From Prorocentrum cordatum (Eukaryota), in the NCBI GenBank assembly GCA_963575745.1, contig CAUYUJ010000120.1, forward strand, positions 1 through 64,000: a stretch of 64,000 nucleotides of DNA, given 5' to 3'. Numbering within the stretch: position 1 is the first letter of the stretch; every line of letters starts with the position of its first letter. The position numbers and the translations under genes were made by a program. The notes under the pieces were generated by a model. It did not search any database. It worked only from the letters and a program-made list of their open reading frames with translations, and was not told the DNA's origin. Shown here piece by piece: positions 12,536 to 25,993 of the stretch.

Positions 12536-13730
12536 AACTCGTAGAGCTTCCCTTAGCAAGTTATTGCTGGAAGCTTAAGAGTAATTCCGGAGCGCTGAAG
12601 AGCTAGTTGGCAAGAAAAATCTCGACGGAACTTTTGATGACTTTTGCTCGGTTGAAAATTTCGTTCTCGAAATTCAACAATTCGTTTGAGCTCTAGTATT
12701 TTTTCCCGTGATATTCGATCTAATTCCGCTCGCCATCCTGATCTCAGCTCGATCGGGTAACTTTGAAGGGCAAACAACACTCTGGCGGGAACGCCCGTTT
12801 CGAGTCATCTTGATACGCGCTGTCGGTTTTCTGAACATAACTCGAGCTCTAGGGCAGCTACAGAGCTGGTAAGCACAGCTAATGCATGCAGAACGATCAG
12901 GCACGTTCGCCTGTTGAATCCAGAGGTCTGAACTCGGTCTGTGAGCCGAGCTAGGTCCGGAAACCTGTTTGTATTATTCGAGTCATCTTGACAGAAACTC
13001 TCGGTTTTCTGGTCTTAACTCGAGCTGTAAGACAGCTACAGAGCTGGCAAGCACAACTATCGCAGTGAGAATCATTATGTGCGTTCGCCTGTCAAATCTA
13101 GAGGCCTGAACTCGGTCTGCTAGCCGAGCTAGGTCCGCAAACCTATTCGTATTATTTGGGTCATCTTGATAGGCGCCCTCGGTTTTCTACTTAACTCGAG
13201 TCGTAGGGCAGCTACAGGGCTCGTAGTCACAGAAATCTATTTGACATTACCAGGCGCCTTTGTTCGTTGACTCGAGAGCACTGAACTTGGCCTGCTGCCC
13301 GAGCTAGGTTTACAAAACTATTCGTATTGTTCGAGTCATCCTGAGAAGTGCTGGGGGGAGGCTACAGTGCTGCTGGGGACAGCAATCGATCCAGAGACAT
13401 CAGGCGCATCCGCTTGCGGAGAGAAGAGCTCGGAACTCATCTGCTGCCCGAATTAGGTCTGCGAAACTACTGTATTGTTGGAGTCATCCTGAGAGATACT
13501 GTCATTTTTCTGCACTCAACTCGGGCTGTAGTGGGGCTGCAGGGCTGGTAATGATAGAAGTCGACTCGCAGAGATCAGACGCGTCCGCCTGTCGCATTGA
13601 GAGGACACAGAATATTTACTATGAGTCGGAATGTTGGTAGGTTCTCGGTGTTCTCAACTTGAGTCGAGCTGGAAGCTCTACGAGTCTCCCGGCGGTAACC
13701 AAGGTTGACGGTTTACCGCCGGCGTCCAGT
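12536..13730 (+). mobile_element. Long-family element with internal 178-bp units, inserted in the 5' hairpin of a sister element
   Basis: AACTCGTAGAGCTTCC at 5' end and GGAAGCTCTACGAGT-hairpin-CCAGT at 3' end. Flanks rejoin to GCTAAGA-GT-AATTTCGGCGCGCTGG, the normal element 5' region. Confidence 0.8.
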
Positions 13731-13944
13731 AATTTCGGCGCGCTGGAGAGCTAGTTGGCTCGAAAAAAAAGAATTGAAGTTTTCACAACTTTTTGTCCGG
13801 TGAAAATTATGTTCTCGAAATTCAACAATTCGTTAGAGCTGTAGTATTTTTCCCGTGATATTCGATCTTATTTCCGCTCGCCATCTTGATCTCAGCTCGA
13901 TCGGGTAACTTTGAAGGCCAAAAAGCACACTGGCGGGATCGGTC

Positions 13945-14820
13945 GTTTCGAGTCATCTTGATACGCGTTGTCAGTTTTTCGAACTTAACTCTAGCTGTAG
14001 AACAGCTACAGAGCTGATAAGCACAGCTATTGCACTCAGAATCATCAGGCGCGTTCGCCTGTTGAATCCATAGGTCTGAATCGTATTATTCGAGTCAACT
14101 TGATACGCGTTATCGGTATTTTCTCTTTAACTCGAGCTCTAGGGCAGCTACAGTGCTGGTAAGCACACCTATCGCACTCAGAATCATCAGGCGCGTCCGT
14201 CTGTTGGCTCCATAGGTCTGAACTCGGTCTGCTAGCCGAGCTAGGTCTGCAAAGTTATTCGTATTATTCGAGTGAACTCGATACGCGTTGTCGGTATTTT
14301 CTCTTTAACTCGAGCTCTAGGGCAGCTACAGTGCTGGTAAGCACGCCTATCGCACTCAGAATCATCAGGCGCGTTCGTCTGTTGACTCCATAGGTCTGAA
14401 CGCGGTCTGCTAGCCGAGCTAGGTCCGCAAACCTATTCGTATTATTCGAGTCAACTTGATACGCGTTGTCGGTGTTTTCTACTTAGCTCGAGCTGTAGGG
14501 CAGCTACAGGGCTGGTAAGCACACCTATCACACTCAGAATCATCAGGCGCGTTCGCCTGTCGAATCCATAGGTCTGAACTCGGTCTGCTAGCCGAGCTAG
14601 GTCCGCAAACCTATTCGTATTATTAGAATCAACTTGATACGCGGTGTCGGTATTTTGTACTTTATTCGAGCTGCAGGGCAGCTACAGTGCTGATAAGCAC
14701 ACCTATCGCATTCAGAATCATTAGGCGCGTTCGCCTGTCGAATCCATAGGTCTGAACTCGGTCTGCTAGTCGAGCTAGGTCCGCAAACCTATTCGTATTA
14801 TTCGAGCCATCTTCACAAAC
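13945..14820 (+). repeat. 178-bp tandem repeat array
   Basis: AAGCAC anchor at 14161, 14339, 14517 and 14695 gives an exact 178-bp period. Confidence 0.92.
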
Positions 14821-15606
14821 ACTCTCGGTATTTTCTGTACTTAATTAACTCGAGCTGTAGGCAGCTACAGAGCCTACAGTCACAGAAATCGATTGAGAAT
14901 TATCGGGCGCGTTTGTCTGCTCTATCGAGAGCTCTGAACTCGGCCTGCTGCCCGAGCTAGGTTCGCGAAACTATTCGTATTGTCCGAATCATCGTGAAAA
15001 GTGCTCTCAATTTTCTGCACTCAACTCGTGCTGGGGGAGGGCTACAGTGCTGCGGGTCATAGAAATCGATTTGCACACATCAGGCGCGTTCGTTAGTCGA
15101 CTCGAGAGCTCAGAACTTGGTTTGCTGCTCGAAACAGGTCTGCGAAACTATTATATTATTCGAGTCATCCTGAGAGATGCTGTCGGTTTTCTGCACTTAA
15201 CTCGGGCTGTAGGGGGGCTGCAGGCCTGGTAATCATATGAGTCGATTCGCAGACATCAGACGCGTCCGCCTGTCGCATTGAGAGGTCTGAACTCGGTCTG
15301 ATCAGACGCGTTCGCTTGTCGCATTCAGAGGTCAAAAAATATTCACTATGAGTCAGAACGTTGATAGGTGCTCTCGGTTTTCTCAACTTAAGTCGAGCTT
15401 GGAAGCTCTACGAGTTCCCCGGCGGTAACCAAGGTTGACGGTTTACCGCCGGCGCCCAGTTGCCGGAGGTTGCAGCGGGTCCAGGACCGTGGCTTTCTAG
15501 CGTTTCCCAATACGCGTGGCCCAAGGGTGCGCGAAGCGCTTCGGCAGAGCATCGGCAGAGCTTCGCCAGTGCTCGCAGGCTCCTAGGCAGAGGTGTCGTG
15601 GTAGGT

Positions 15607-16002
15607 ACCTCGTAGAGCTCTTCGTCATCGATGAGCTAGAGGAATTCCGGCGCGGGGTGGAGCTAGTTGGTCGATCCGGCCACAAAGGACAAAGTGGTAA
15701 CTTTTGGTCGGTTTGGCTAAGATTTGAAAGATATGTCACAATTCATTTTGAGAAAGCAGATTTTCACTCCGAGCATTGACGTATAAACTTTGTTCCCTGA
15801 GCAGCTCAGCCCTCTAGAGGCATTTCCAGTACCAGTGCACTTGGAGCAACCGACTTCATCGTCACTCCGAAAAATCTCAACTTCAAGTTTTTGTAGAAAA
15901 GCTTCCCGAAGCTCTCGCTTTGACTGAGCATTCTCACGGACGCAAGGAGCTCTACGAGGTTCCCGGCGGTGACCAGGTTGACGGTTCACCGCCAGCGCCA
16001 GT
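15607..16002 (+). mobile_element. Short-family (~400 bp) element
   Basis: GT|ACCTCGTAGAGCTC ... GAGCTCTACGAGGT-hairpin-GCGCCAGT. Confidence 0.8.
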
Positions 16003-19000
16003 TTCACAGAGCCTCGCGCGTCGTAAAAGACGCCCTCGCAGGCGTCCCCTGCGAGGTTTCCAGCGTCCCACGCATCGTTCCAGGCGGCCTGGCAGAGGTC
16101 GCCGTGCGGCGCTTTGGAGCGCTCTGCGCTTCGCGCCTTGCCTCGCTATCTTGGTTTTGGACGCTTACAAGTACCTCGTAGAGCTCTTTGGCATCGATGA
16201 GCTAGAAGAATTCGGGCGCGGGGTGCAGCTAGTAGCTCGTAGAGCTTCCCTTAGCAAGTTATTGCTGGAAGCTTAAGAGTAATTTCGGCGCGTTCGCCTG
16301 TTGAATCCAGAGGTCTGAACTCGGTCTGCTAGCCGAGCTAGGGTCGCAAACTCATTCGTACTATTCGAGTCATTATAGCAGACGCTCTCGGTTTTTCGTA
16401 CTTAACTCGATCTGTAGGGTAGCCACAGAGCTGATGACCACAGAAATCGATTGAAAATTATCAGGCGCGTTCGTCTGTTGAATCAAGAGCTCTGAACTCG
16501 GCCTGCTCCCCGAGCTAGGTTCGCGAACCTATTGGTTTTGTTCGAGTCATCTTGAGAAGTGCTCTCGGTTTTCTGTATGGGGGGCTGCAGAGCTGCTAAT
16601 AGGAATCGATCCGCAGACATCAGACGCGTCCGCCTGTCGCATTCAGAGGTCTGAACTCGGTTTCATAATCGAGCTCGATTGGAAAACTGTTTTTTTTGTT
16701 TCGTTAGAGTCATCTTGAGAGTCTATAATGGCTTGGGCTGAAAAACTAGTCGTTCTCTGAAATTCTTTTCCACATTATATATTGTCAGGAAGCTCTACGA
16801 CTCCGCCGGCGGTAAGAATGGTTGACGGTTTACCGCCGGCGCCAGTTGGCCAATCCGGCCCGGGCGGACAATGTGGTAACCTGGGGTCGGTTTTCCGAAG
16901 ATGGCGAGAGATTTTGAAATTCGTTTTGCAAATTTGAATTTTTATTTTATGCAGTGACTCATGACGCTTTCGATGATGCGAGTCTGAGGGCCGTAGCTTT
17001 AGTATTCCGATCAAAACACTACGGGGAACGAACATTGTGTACGACCGAAACAATATTTCTTGATTTTTTAAGCTGGTATCGAGCATTGTTTTCTGCTGTT
17101 ATCTCGGAACCGTTTTGGCCTATTCAGAGCTCTACGAGGGTCCCGGCGGTAACCTGGTTGACGGTTTACCGCCGGCTCCCAGTTGCTCTCCGGGTTTTGG
17201 ACGCTGCCAAGTAAGAACTTGACTCTTAGAGCTTAACTCGTAGCGCTTCCCTTAGCAAGTGACTCGCAGAGCTTCCCCAAGCTAGTTGCTGGAAGCTTAA
17301 GAGTAATCTCGGCGTTCTGGAGAGCTAGTTGGCTCGAAAAAAAAAAAGAACTGAAACTTTTGCTCGGTTGAAATATTCGTTCTCGAAATTCAACCGTTCG
17401 TGAGAGCTCTAGTATTTTTTCGTGATATTGGGTCTTATTCCCGCTCGTCATCTTGATCTCAGCTCGATCGGATATCTTTTACTGTCAAAGACCACACTGG
17501 CGGAATCGGCCGTTTCGAGTCATCTTGATACGCGTTGCCGGTATTTTGTACTCAACTCGAGCTGCAGGGCAGCTACAGAGCTGGTAAGCACACATATCGT
17601 ATTCAGAATTATCAGGCGCGTTCGCCTGTTAAATCCAGAGTTCTGAACTCGGTCTCCTAGCCGAGCTAGGTCTGCAAACCCATTCGTATTATTCGAGGCA
17701 GCTTCACAGACGCTCTCGGTTTTCTGTACTTAACTCGAGCTGTAGGGCAGCTACAGAGCTGGTAAGCACACCTATCGCATTCAGAATTATCAGGCGCGTT
17801 CGCCTGTTGAATCCACAGGTCTCAACTGGGTCTGCTAGCCGAGCTAGGTTCGCAAACCTATTCGTATTATTCGAGTCGTCTTGACTGACACTCTCGGGTT
17901 TCTGTACTTAACTCGAGCTGTAGGGCAGCTACAGGGCTCATTCTCACAGACAAGGATGGGAAATCATCATTCGCGTTCGTCTATTGAACCGAGAGCTCTG
18001 AACTCGGCCTGCTGCCCGAGCTAGGTTCGCGAAACTTTTCGTATTGGCCGAATCATCTTGAGAAGTGCTCTCAATTTTCTGCACTCAACTCGTGCTGGGG
18101 GAGGGCTACAGGGCTGCGGGTCACAGATATCGATTTGCACACATCAGCCGCGTCTCTTGGTCGATTCCAGAGCTCGGAACTCGGTCTGCTGCTCGAACTA
18201 GGTCCGCGAAGCTATTCTATTATTCGAGGCGATACTGTCGGTTTTCTGCACTTAACTCGGGCTGTAGGGGAGCTGCAGGGCTGGGAATCACATGAGTGGA
18301 TTCGCAGACATCAGACGCGCCCGCCTGTCGCATTCAGAGGTCTGAACTCGGTTCGATACTCGAACTGGCTTGCGAAACTATTGTTTTTTGGCGAGTCATC
18401 TTGAGAGGTCTATAATCGCTTGGGCTGAAAAGCTAGTCGTTCTTGGGAGTTTTTGTCCACACTATATACTGTTAGGAAGCTCTACGCGTCCCCCGGCGGT
18501 AACCAAGGTTGACGGTTTACCGCCGGCGCCTTGTTATTGCTGGAAGCTTAAGAGTAATTCCGGGGAGCTGGAGAGCTAGTTGGCAAGAAAAATCTCGACG
18601 GACCTTTTGGTGACTTTTGGTCGGTTGAAAATTTTGTTCTCAAAATTTGACCATTCGTTAGAACTCTAGTATTTTTTCCCGTGATATTCGATCTTATTCC
18701 CGCTCGCCATCTTGATCTCAGCTCGATCGGGTAACTTTGAAGGCCAAAAAGCAGGCAGGCGGGAACGGCCGTTTCGAGTCATCTTGATACGCGCTGTCGG
18801 TTTTCTCAAGATAACTCGAGCTTCAGGACAACTACAAAGCTGGTCAGCACAGCTAATGCATTCAGAATGATCAGGCGCGTTCGCCTGTTGAATCCAGAGG
18901 TCCGAAATCGGTCTGCTAGCCGAGCTAGGGTCGCAAACCTATGTATTATTCGAGTCATTGTAGCAGACGCTCTCGGTTTTTCGTACTTAACTCGATCTGT

Positions 19001-19639
19001 AGGGCAGCCACAGAGCTGATAATCACAGAAATCGATTGAGAATTATCAGGCGCGTTCGTCTGTTGAATCAAGAGCTCTGAACTCGGCCTGCTCTCCGAGC
19101 TAGGTTCGCGAACCTATTGGTATTGTTCGAGTCATCTTGAGAAGTGCTCTCGGTTTTCTGTACTTAAATCGTGCTGGGGGAGGGCTACAGTGCTGCTGGT
19201 CACAGGAATCGATTTCGAGACATCAGGCGCGTCCGTTCGTCGAACCGAGAGCTCGGAACTCGGTCTGCTGCTCGAACGAGATCCGCGAAACTGTTGTATT
19301 ATTCGAGTCATCCTGAGAGGTACTCTCGGTTTTCTGCACTTAACTCAGGCTGTATGGGGGGCTGCAGAGCTGGTAATCACAGGAATCGATCCGCAGACAT
19401 CAGACGCGTCCGCCTGTCGCATTCAGAGGTCTGAACTGGGTTTCATACTCGAGCTCGATTGGAAAACTGTTCGTTTGTTTAGTTAGAGTCATCTTGAGAG
19501 GTCTATAATCGCTTGGGCTGAAAAACTAGTCGTTCTCTGAAATTCTTTTCCACATTATATATTGTCAGGAAGCTCTACGAGTCCCCCGGTGGTAAGAAAG
19601 GTTGACGGTTTACCGCCGGCGCCCAGTCCCTAAGCTAGT

Positions 19640-20037
19640 ACCTCGTAGAGCTCTTCGGCATCGATGAGCTAGAGGAATTCCGGCGCGGGGTGGAGCTAGT
19701 TGGCCCAGCCGGCCGAGGCGGACAATGTGACAACTTTTGGGTGGTTTTGCAATTTTTTGAAAGATATTTGACAATTCATTTTGAGAAAGCAGATTTTTAC
19801 TCCGAGCATTGAGATATAAACTTTGTTCTCTGAGCAGCTCAGCCCTCTAGAGTTATTTCCAGTACCAGTTCACTTGGAGGAACCGACTTCATGTTGACTC
19901 CGAAAAATCTCAACTCGAAGTTTTTCTAGAAAAGCTCCCAGAAGCTCCCGCTTTGATGCTGAGCTTTCTCACGGATGCAAGGAGCTCTACGAGGTTCCCG
20001 GCGGTGACCAGGTTGACGGTTCACCGCCGGCGCCAGT
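19640..20037 (+). mobile_element. Short-family (~400 bp) element
   Basis: Flanks AAGCTA-GT and TGCTGGAAGCTT rejoin to the empty site seen at ~17280 and ~38785. Confidence 0.85.
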
Positions 20038-20049
20038 TGCTGGAAGCTT

Positions 20050-20932
20050 GACTCGTAGAGCTTCCCTTAGCAAGGTATTGCTGGAAGCTAAGAGTAATTC
20101 CGGCGCGCCCCACAGCTAGTTGGCTCGAAAAATCTCGACTGAACTTTTGACAACTTTTGGTCGGTTGAAAATTTTGTTCTCGAAATTTAACAATTCGTTT
20201 GTGCTCTAGTATTTTTTCCCGTGATATTCGATCTTATTCCCGCTCGCCATCTTGATCTCAGCTCGATCGGGTGAATATTACTATCGAAAAGCACTGTGCG
20301 GGATCGGCCGTTTCGAGTCATCTTGTTACACGCTGTTGCTTTTTTCCAAGATACCTCGAGCTTTAGGACAGCTACAGAGCTGGTAAGCACACCTTATCGA
20401 TTCAGAATGATGAGGCGCGTTCGGCTGTTCCAACCAGAGGTCTGAACTCGGTCTGCTAGCCGAGCCAGGTCCGCAAACCCATTCGTATTATTCGAATCAT
20501 CTTGACAGGCGCTATCGGTTTTCTGTACTTAACTCGAGCTGTAGGACAGCTACAGGGCTGATACTTACAGAAACCGATTCAGAATTATCAGTCGCGTTTG
20601 TCTGTCGAATCCAGAGCTCTCAACTCGGTCTGCTGCCCGATCCAGAATCGCGAAACTGTTTGTATTCTTCCAGTCATCGTGAGAGCTGCTGTCGGCTTTC
20701 TGCACTTAACTCGGGCTATAGGAAGGCTGCAGGGCGGGTAATCACATGAATCGATTCGGAGACATCAGACGTGTCCGTCTGTCGCATTCAGAGGTCTGAA
20801 CTCGGTCTGATACTCGAGTTGGGCTGAAAAACTATTCGTTCTCTGCATTTTTTTCGACATTATATGTTGTCAGGAAGCTCTACGAGTCCCCCGGCGGTAA
20901 CAAAGGTTGACGGTTTACCGCCGTCGCCCAGT
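20050..20932 (+). mobile_element. Long-family element
   Basis: GACTCGTAGAGCTTCC ... GGAAGCTCTACGAGTC-hairpin-CCAGT. Inserted after TT in GGAAGCTT|(A/G)AGAGTAAT. Confidence 0.75.
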
Positions 20933-23900
20933 GAGAGTAATTTCAGCGCGCTGGGACTTTCCTTCGGCGCGTTGGCAAGAGAAAAAATAACTGAACTTTT
21001 CACAACTTTGGGTCGGTTGAAAATTTTGTTCTCGAAATTTGACAATTCGTTAGAGCTCTAGTATTTTTTCCCGTGATATTCGATCTTATTCCCGCTCGCC
21101 ATCTTGATCTCAGCTCGATCGGGTGAATATTACTATCGAAAAGCACTGTGGCTGGATCGGCCGTTTCGAGTCATCTTGATGCACGCTGACGGTTTTCCGA
21201 AGATAACTCGAGCTGTAGGACAGCTAGAGAGCTCGTAGGCACAGTCAATCGATGTAGAATGAAAAGGTGCGTTCGCCTGTCGAATCCAGAGGCCTGAACT
21301 CGGTCTGTTAGCCGAGCTAGGTGCGCAAACCTATTCGTAGCATTCGAATCATCTTACAGGCGCTCTCGATTTTCTGTACTTAACTCGAGCTGTAGGACAG
21401 CTACAGAGCTTATATTTACATAAACCGATTGAGGATCATCAGTTGCGTGTGTCTTTCGAATCCAGAGCTCTCAACTCGGTTTGCTGCCTGATCTAGAATT
21501 ACAAAGTTATTCGTATTGGTCGAGTCATCTTGAGAAGTACTATCGGTTTTCTTTACCCAACTCGCGTTGAGGGGGGCTACAGTGCTTGTTGTCACAGGAA
21601 TCGATTCGAAGAGATCAGGCGTGTCCGCCTGTCGAATCCAGAGCTCGGAACTCGGTCTGCTGCCCGAACTAGGTCCGCATAATTATTGTATTGTTCGAGT
21701 CATCCAGGTGCTGTCGGCTCTCTGCACTTAACTCGGGCTGTAGGGGTGGTAATGAGGAGTCGATTCGCAGACATCAGACGCGTCCGCCTGTCGCATTCAG
21801 AGGTCAAAAAATATTCACTATGAGTCGGAATGTTGGTAGTTGCTGTCGGTTCTCTCAACTGAAGTCGAGCTAGGAAGCTCTACGAGCCTCCCGGCGGTAA
21901 CCAAGGTTTACGGTTTACCGCCGGCGCCCAGTTTGGGTGGTTTTGCGAAAATTTGAAAGATATTTGACCATTTATTTTGAAAAAGCAGATTTTTACGCCG
22001 ACCATTGGCATATGAACTCCTCTCTGACAGCAGCTCAGCTCTCTCGATGCATTTTTGCATGATTTGACTTCTGGGAACTGAGCGAATATATAAACATCGA
22101 AAAAATCGAATTTCTAGATTTTCGAAAAATCTCCATTTTTTGATTCTCTGTCGATTCTCTGCACTCTCACCAGTGAGAGGAGCTCTACGAGGTTCCGGCG
22201 GTGACCAGGTTGACGGTTCACTGCCGGCGCCAGTTCGAAAACACTGGCAGGCTAGTTGGCTCGAAAATCTCGACTAAACTTTTCACAACTTTGGCTCGGT
22301 TGAAAATTTTGTTCTCGAAATTGAACAATTCGTTTGAGCTCTAGTATTTTTTCCCGTGATATTCGATCTTATTCCCGCTCGCCATCTTGATATCAGCTCG
22401 ATCGGATGAATATTACTATCGAAAAGCGGGACCGGCCGTTTCGAGTCATCTTGATATGCGCTGACGGTTTTTTGAACATAACTCGAGCTCTAGGACAGCT
22501 ACAGAGCTGGTAAGCACAGCTAATCGATGTAGAATGATTAGGCGCGTTCGCCCGTTGAATCCAGAGGCCTGAACTCGGTCTGTTATCCGAGCTATGTCCG
22601 CAAACCTATTTGTATTATTCGAGTCATCTTGACAGAAACTCTCGGTTTTCTGTTCCTAACTCGAGCTGTAGGACAGCGTGAGAGCTGATGTTCACAGAAA
22701 CCGATTCTGAATCATCAGTTGCGTTTCTCTGTCGAATCCAGAGCTCTGAACTCGGTGTGCTGCCCGATCTAGAAGCGCGAAACTAGTCGTATTGGTCGAG
22801 TCATTTTGAGGCGTGCTCTCGGTTTTCTTCAATTAGCTCGCGGTGAGGGGGGCTACAGTGCTGGTGGTCACTGTAATCGATTTAAAGACATCAGTCGCGT
22901 CCGCATGTCGAATCCAGAGCTCGGAACTCGATCTGCTGCCCGATTTAGGTCTGCAAAACTACTTTATTGTTCGAGTTATCCTGAGAAGTGCTGTCGGTTT
23001 TCTGCACTCAACTCGGGCTGTAGGGGAGCTGCAGGGCTAGTAATCACAGGAGTCGATTCGCAGTAATCAGACGCGCCTGCCTGTCGCATTCAGAGGTCAA
23101 GAAATATTCACTATGAGTCGGAATGTTGGTAGGTACTGTCGGTTTTCTCAACTTAAGTCGAGCTAGGAAGCTCCGGCGCCCAGTAATTCGAAAACGCTGG
23201 CAGGCTAGTACCTCGTAGAGCTCCTCAACAAGATGAGCTCAGAGGAATTCGGGCGCAGGTGGAGCTAGTTGGCCGACCCGACCTTAAGAGACAATGTGAC
23301 GACTTGGGGTCGGTTATTCTATCTTTATGCAAAATTTGAAAATTCGTTTTACAAGCAGGTATTTTTCCCACCTGTAGCGGGTTATGCCGCGTCTGCCAGT
23401 TAAATTCCCAGGTCTGTAGCTGTAATATTACTATCACAAGACTTGAGGGAACCGTCGGCCGTTTCGAGTCATCTTGAGACGCGTTGACAGTTTTCTGTAC
23501 TTAACTCGAGATTTAGGACAGCTACAGAGCTGATTCTTACAGAAACCGATTCAGAATCATCAGACGCGTTCGTCTGTCCCATCGAGAAGTCTGAACTCGG
23601 TCTGCTGCTCGAGCTAGGCCCGCAAAACTATTTGTAATATACAATCGTTTTGACGAGTGTTTCCTTTAACTGAAGATTTAGAAGAGCTACAGAGCTGGCA
23701 CGCATATAAACCGACTCAGAATCACCCGGCGCGATTTTTCTCGCATCGAGAGGTCCGAACTCGGTCTGGCAGCTAGGTCGACGAAGCGAAGATGCAAAAT
23801 TAAAAAAAAAACATATTTCCGATATTTCTTCTTCACGCTTCAGAAAGCTTCTTTCGTGTGCTTCGAGCAGCGCCGCGCCAGAATAGAGCTCTACGAGGCT

Positions 23901-24975
23901 CCCGGCGGTTACCTGGTTGACGGTTTACCGCCGGATCCCAGTTGGCTCGAAAAATCTCGACTGAACTTTTCACAACTTTGGCTCGGTTGAAAATTTTGTT
24001 CTCGAAATTCAACAATTCGTTTGAGCTCTAGTATTTTTTCCCGTGATATTCGATTTCATTCCCGCTCGCCATCTTGATCTCAGCTCGATCGGGTACCTTT
24101 TACTGCCAAAAAGCACTCTGGCGGGATCGGCCGTTTTGAGTCATCTTGATACGCGCTGTCGGTTTTCTCAAGATAACTCGAGCTTCAGGACAGCTACAGA
24201 GCTGGTAAGCACAGCTAATCGATGTAGAATGACTAGGCGCGTTCGCCTGTTGAATCCAGAGGTCTGAACTCGGTCTGCTAGCCGAGCTAGGTCTGCAAAC
24301 CTATATGTATTATTCGAGTCGTCGTAGCAGACGCTCTCGGTTTTCTGTACTCAACTCGAGCTGTAGGCTAGTTACAGAGCTCATATTCAGAGAATTCGAT
24401 TGGAAATCATCAGGCGCGTTCGTCTGTTCAATCGAGAGCTCTGAACTCGGCCTGCTGCCCGAGCTAGGTTCGCGAAACTATTCGTATTGTTCGAGTCATC
24501 TTGAGAAGTGCTCTCGGTTTTCTGCACTTAACTCGTGCTGGGGGAGCTGGTGGTCTCAGAAATCGATTCGCAGACATCAGGCGCGTCCGTCTGTCGAGCC
24601 CAGAGCTCGTAACTCTGCTGCTCGGACTAGGTCCGCGAAGCTATTGTATTATTCGAGTCATGCTGAGAGCTGCTGTCGGTTTTCTGCACTTAACTCGGGC
24701 TGTAGGGGGGCTGCAGGGCTGGGGATCACAGGAGTCGATTCGCAGACATGAGACGCGCCCGCCTGTCGCATTCAGAGGTCAGAACTCGGTTTGATACTTG
24801 AGCCGGGTTGCCAAACTGTTGTTTTTTTTTGGCCAGAGTCATCTTGAGAGGTCTGAAATCGCTTTGGCTGAGAAAATAGTCGTTCTCAGGAATTTTTAAA
24901 CATTATATATTCTCAGGAAGCTCTACGAGTCCCCCGGCGGTAACAAAGGTTGACGGTTTACCGCCGGCGCCCAGT

Positions 24976-25993
24976 GACTCGTAGAGCTTTTCTTAGCAAA
25001 TTATTGCTGGAAGCTAAGAGTAATTCCGGCGCGCTGGAGAGCTAGTTGGCTCGAAAAATCTCGACGGAACTTTTGCTGACTTTTGGTCGGTTGAAAATTA
25101 TGTTCTCGAAATTCAACAATTCGTTTGAGCTCTAGTATTTTTCCCGTGATATTCGATCTTATTCCCGCTCGCCATCTTGATCTCAGCTCGATCTGGTGAA
25201 TTTTACTAGCGAAAAGCACTCTGGCGGGATCGGCTGTTTCGAGTCATCTTGATACGCGTTGTCGGTATTTTGTACTTAACTCGAGCTGTAGGGCAGCTAC
25301 AGAGCTGGTGAGGACAGCTCATCGATGTAGAATGATTAGGCGCGTTCGCCTGTCGAAGCCAGAGGTCTGAACTCGGTCTGCTAGCTGAGCTAGGTCCGTA
25401 AAACTATTCGTATTATTCGAATCCTCTTGACAGGAACTCTCGGTCTTCTCTACTTAACTCGAGCTGTAGGACAGCTACAGAGCTGATATTTACAGAAATT
25501 GATTCAGAATCATCAGTTTCGTTTGTCTCTCGAATCCAGAGCTCTGAACTCGGTCTGCTGCCCGATCTAGAATCGCGAAACTATTCGTATTGGTCGAGTC
25601 ATCTTGAGAAGTGCTCGGTTTTCTTCACTCGCGCTGAGCGGGGCTACAGTGCTGGTGGTCACAGGAATCGATTTGAAGACATCAGACGTCGCTTCTCGAA
25701 TTGAGAGCTTGGAACTCGGTCTGCTGCCCGAATTAGGTCTGAGAAACTACTCTATTGTTCGAGTCATCCTGAGAGATGCTGTCCGTTTTCTGCACTTAAC
25801 TCGGGCTGTAGGGGGGCTGCAGGGCTGGTAATGGCAGGAGTCGATTCGCAGACATCAGACGCGTCCGCTTGTCGCATTCAGGTAAACAAATATTATTATG
25901 TCGGAATGTTGGTGCTGTCGGTTTTCTCAGCTAGGAAGCTCTACGAGTCCCCCGGCGGTAACCAAGGTTGACGGTTTACCGCCGGCGCCCAGT
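24976..25993 (+). mobile_element. Long-family element, head-to-tail with the preceding element
   Basis: Junction CGCCCA-GT-GACTCGTAG has a single GT. Complete 3' hairpin end at 25934-25993. Confidence 0.75.
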
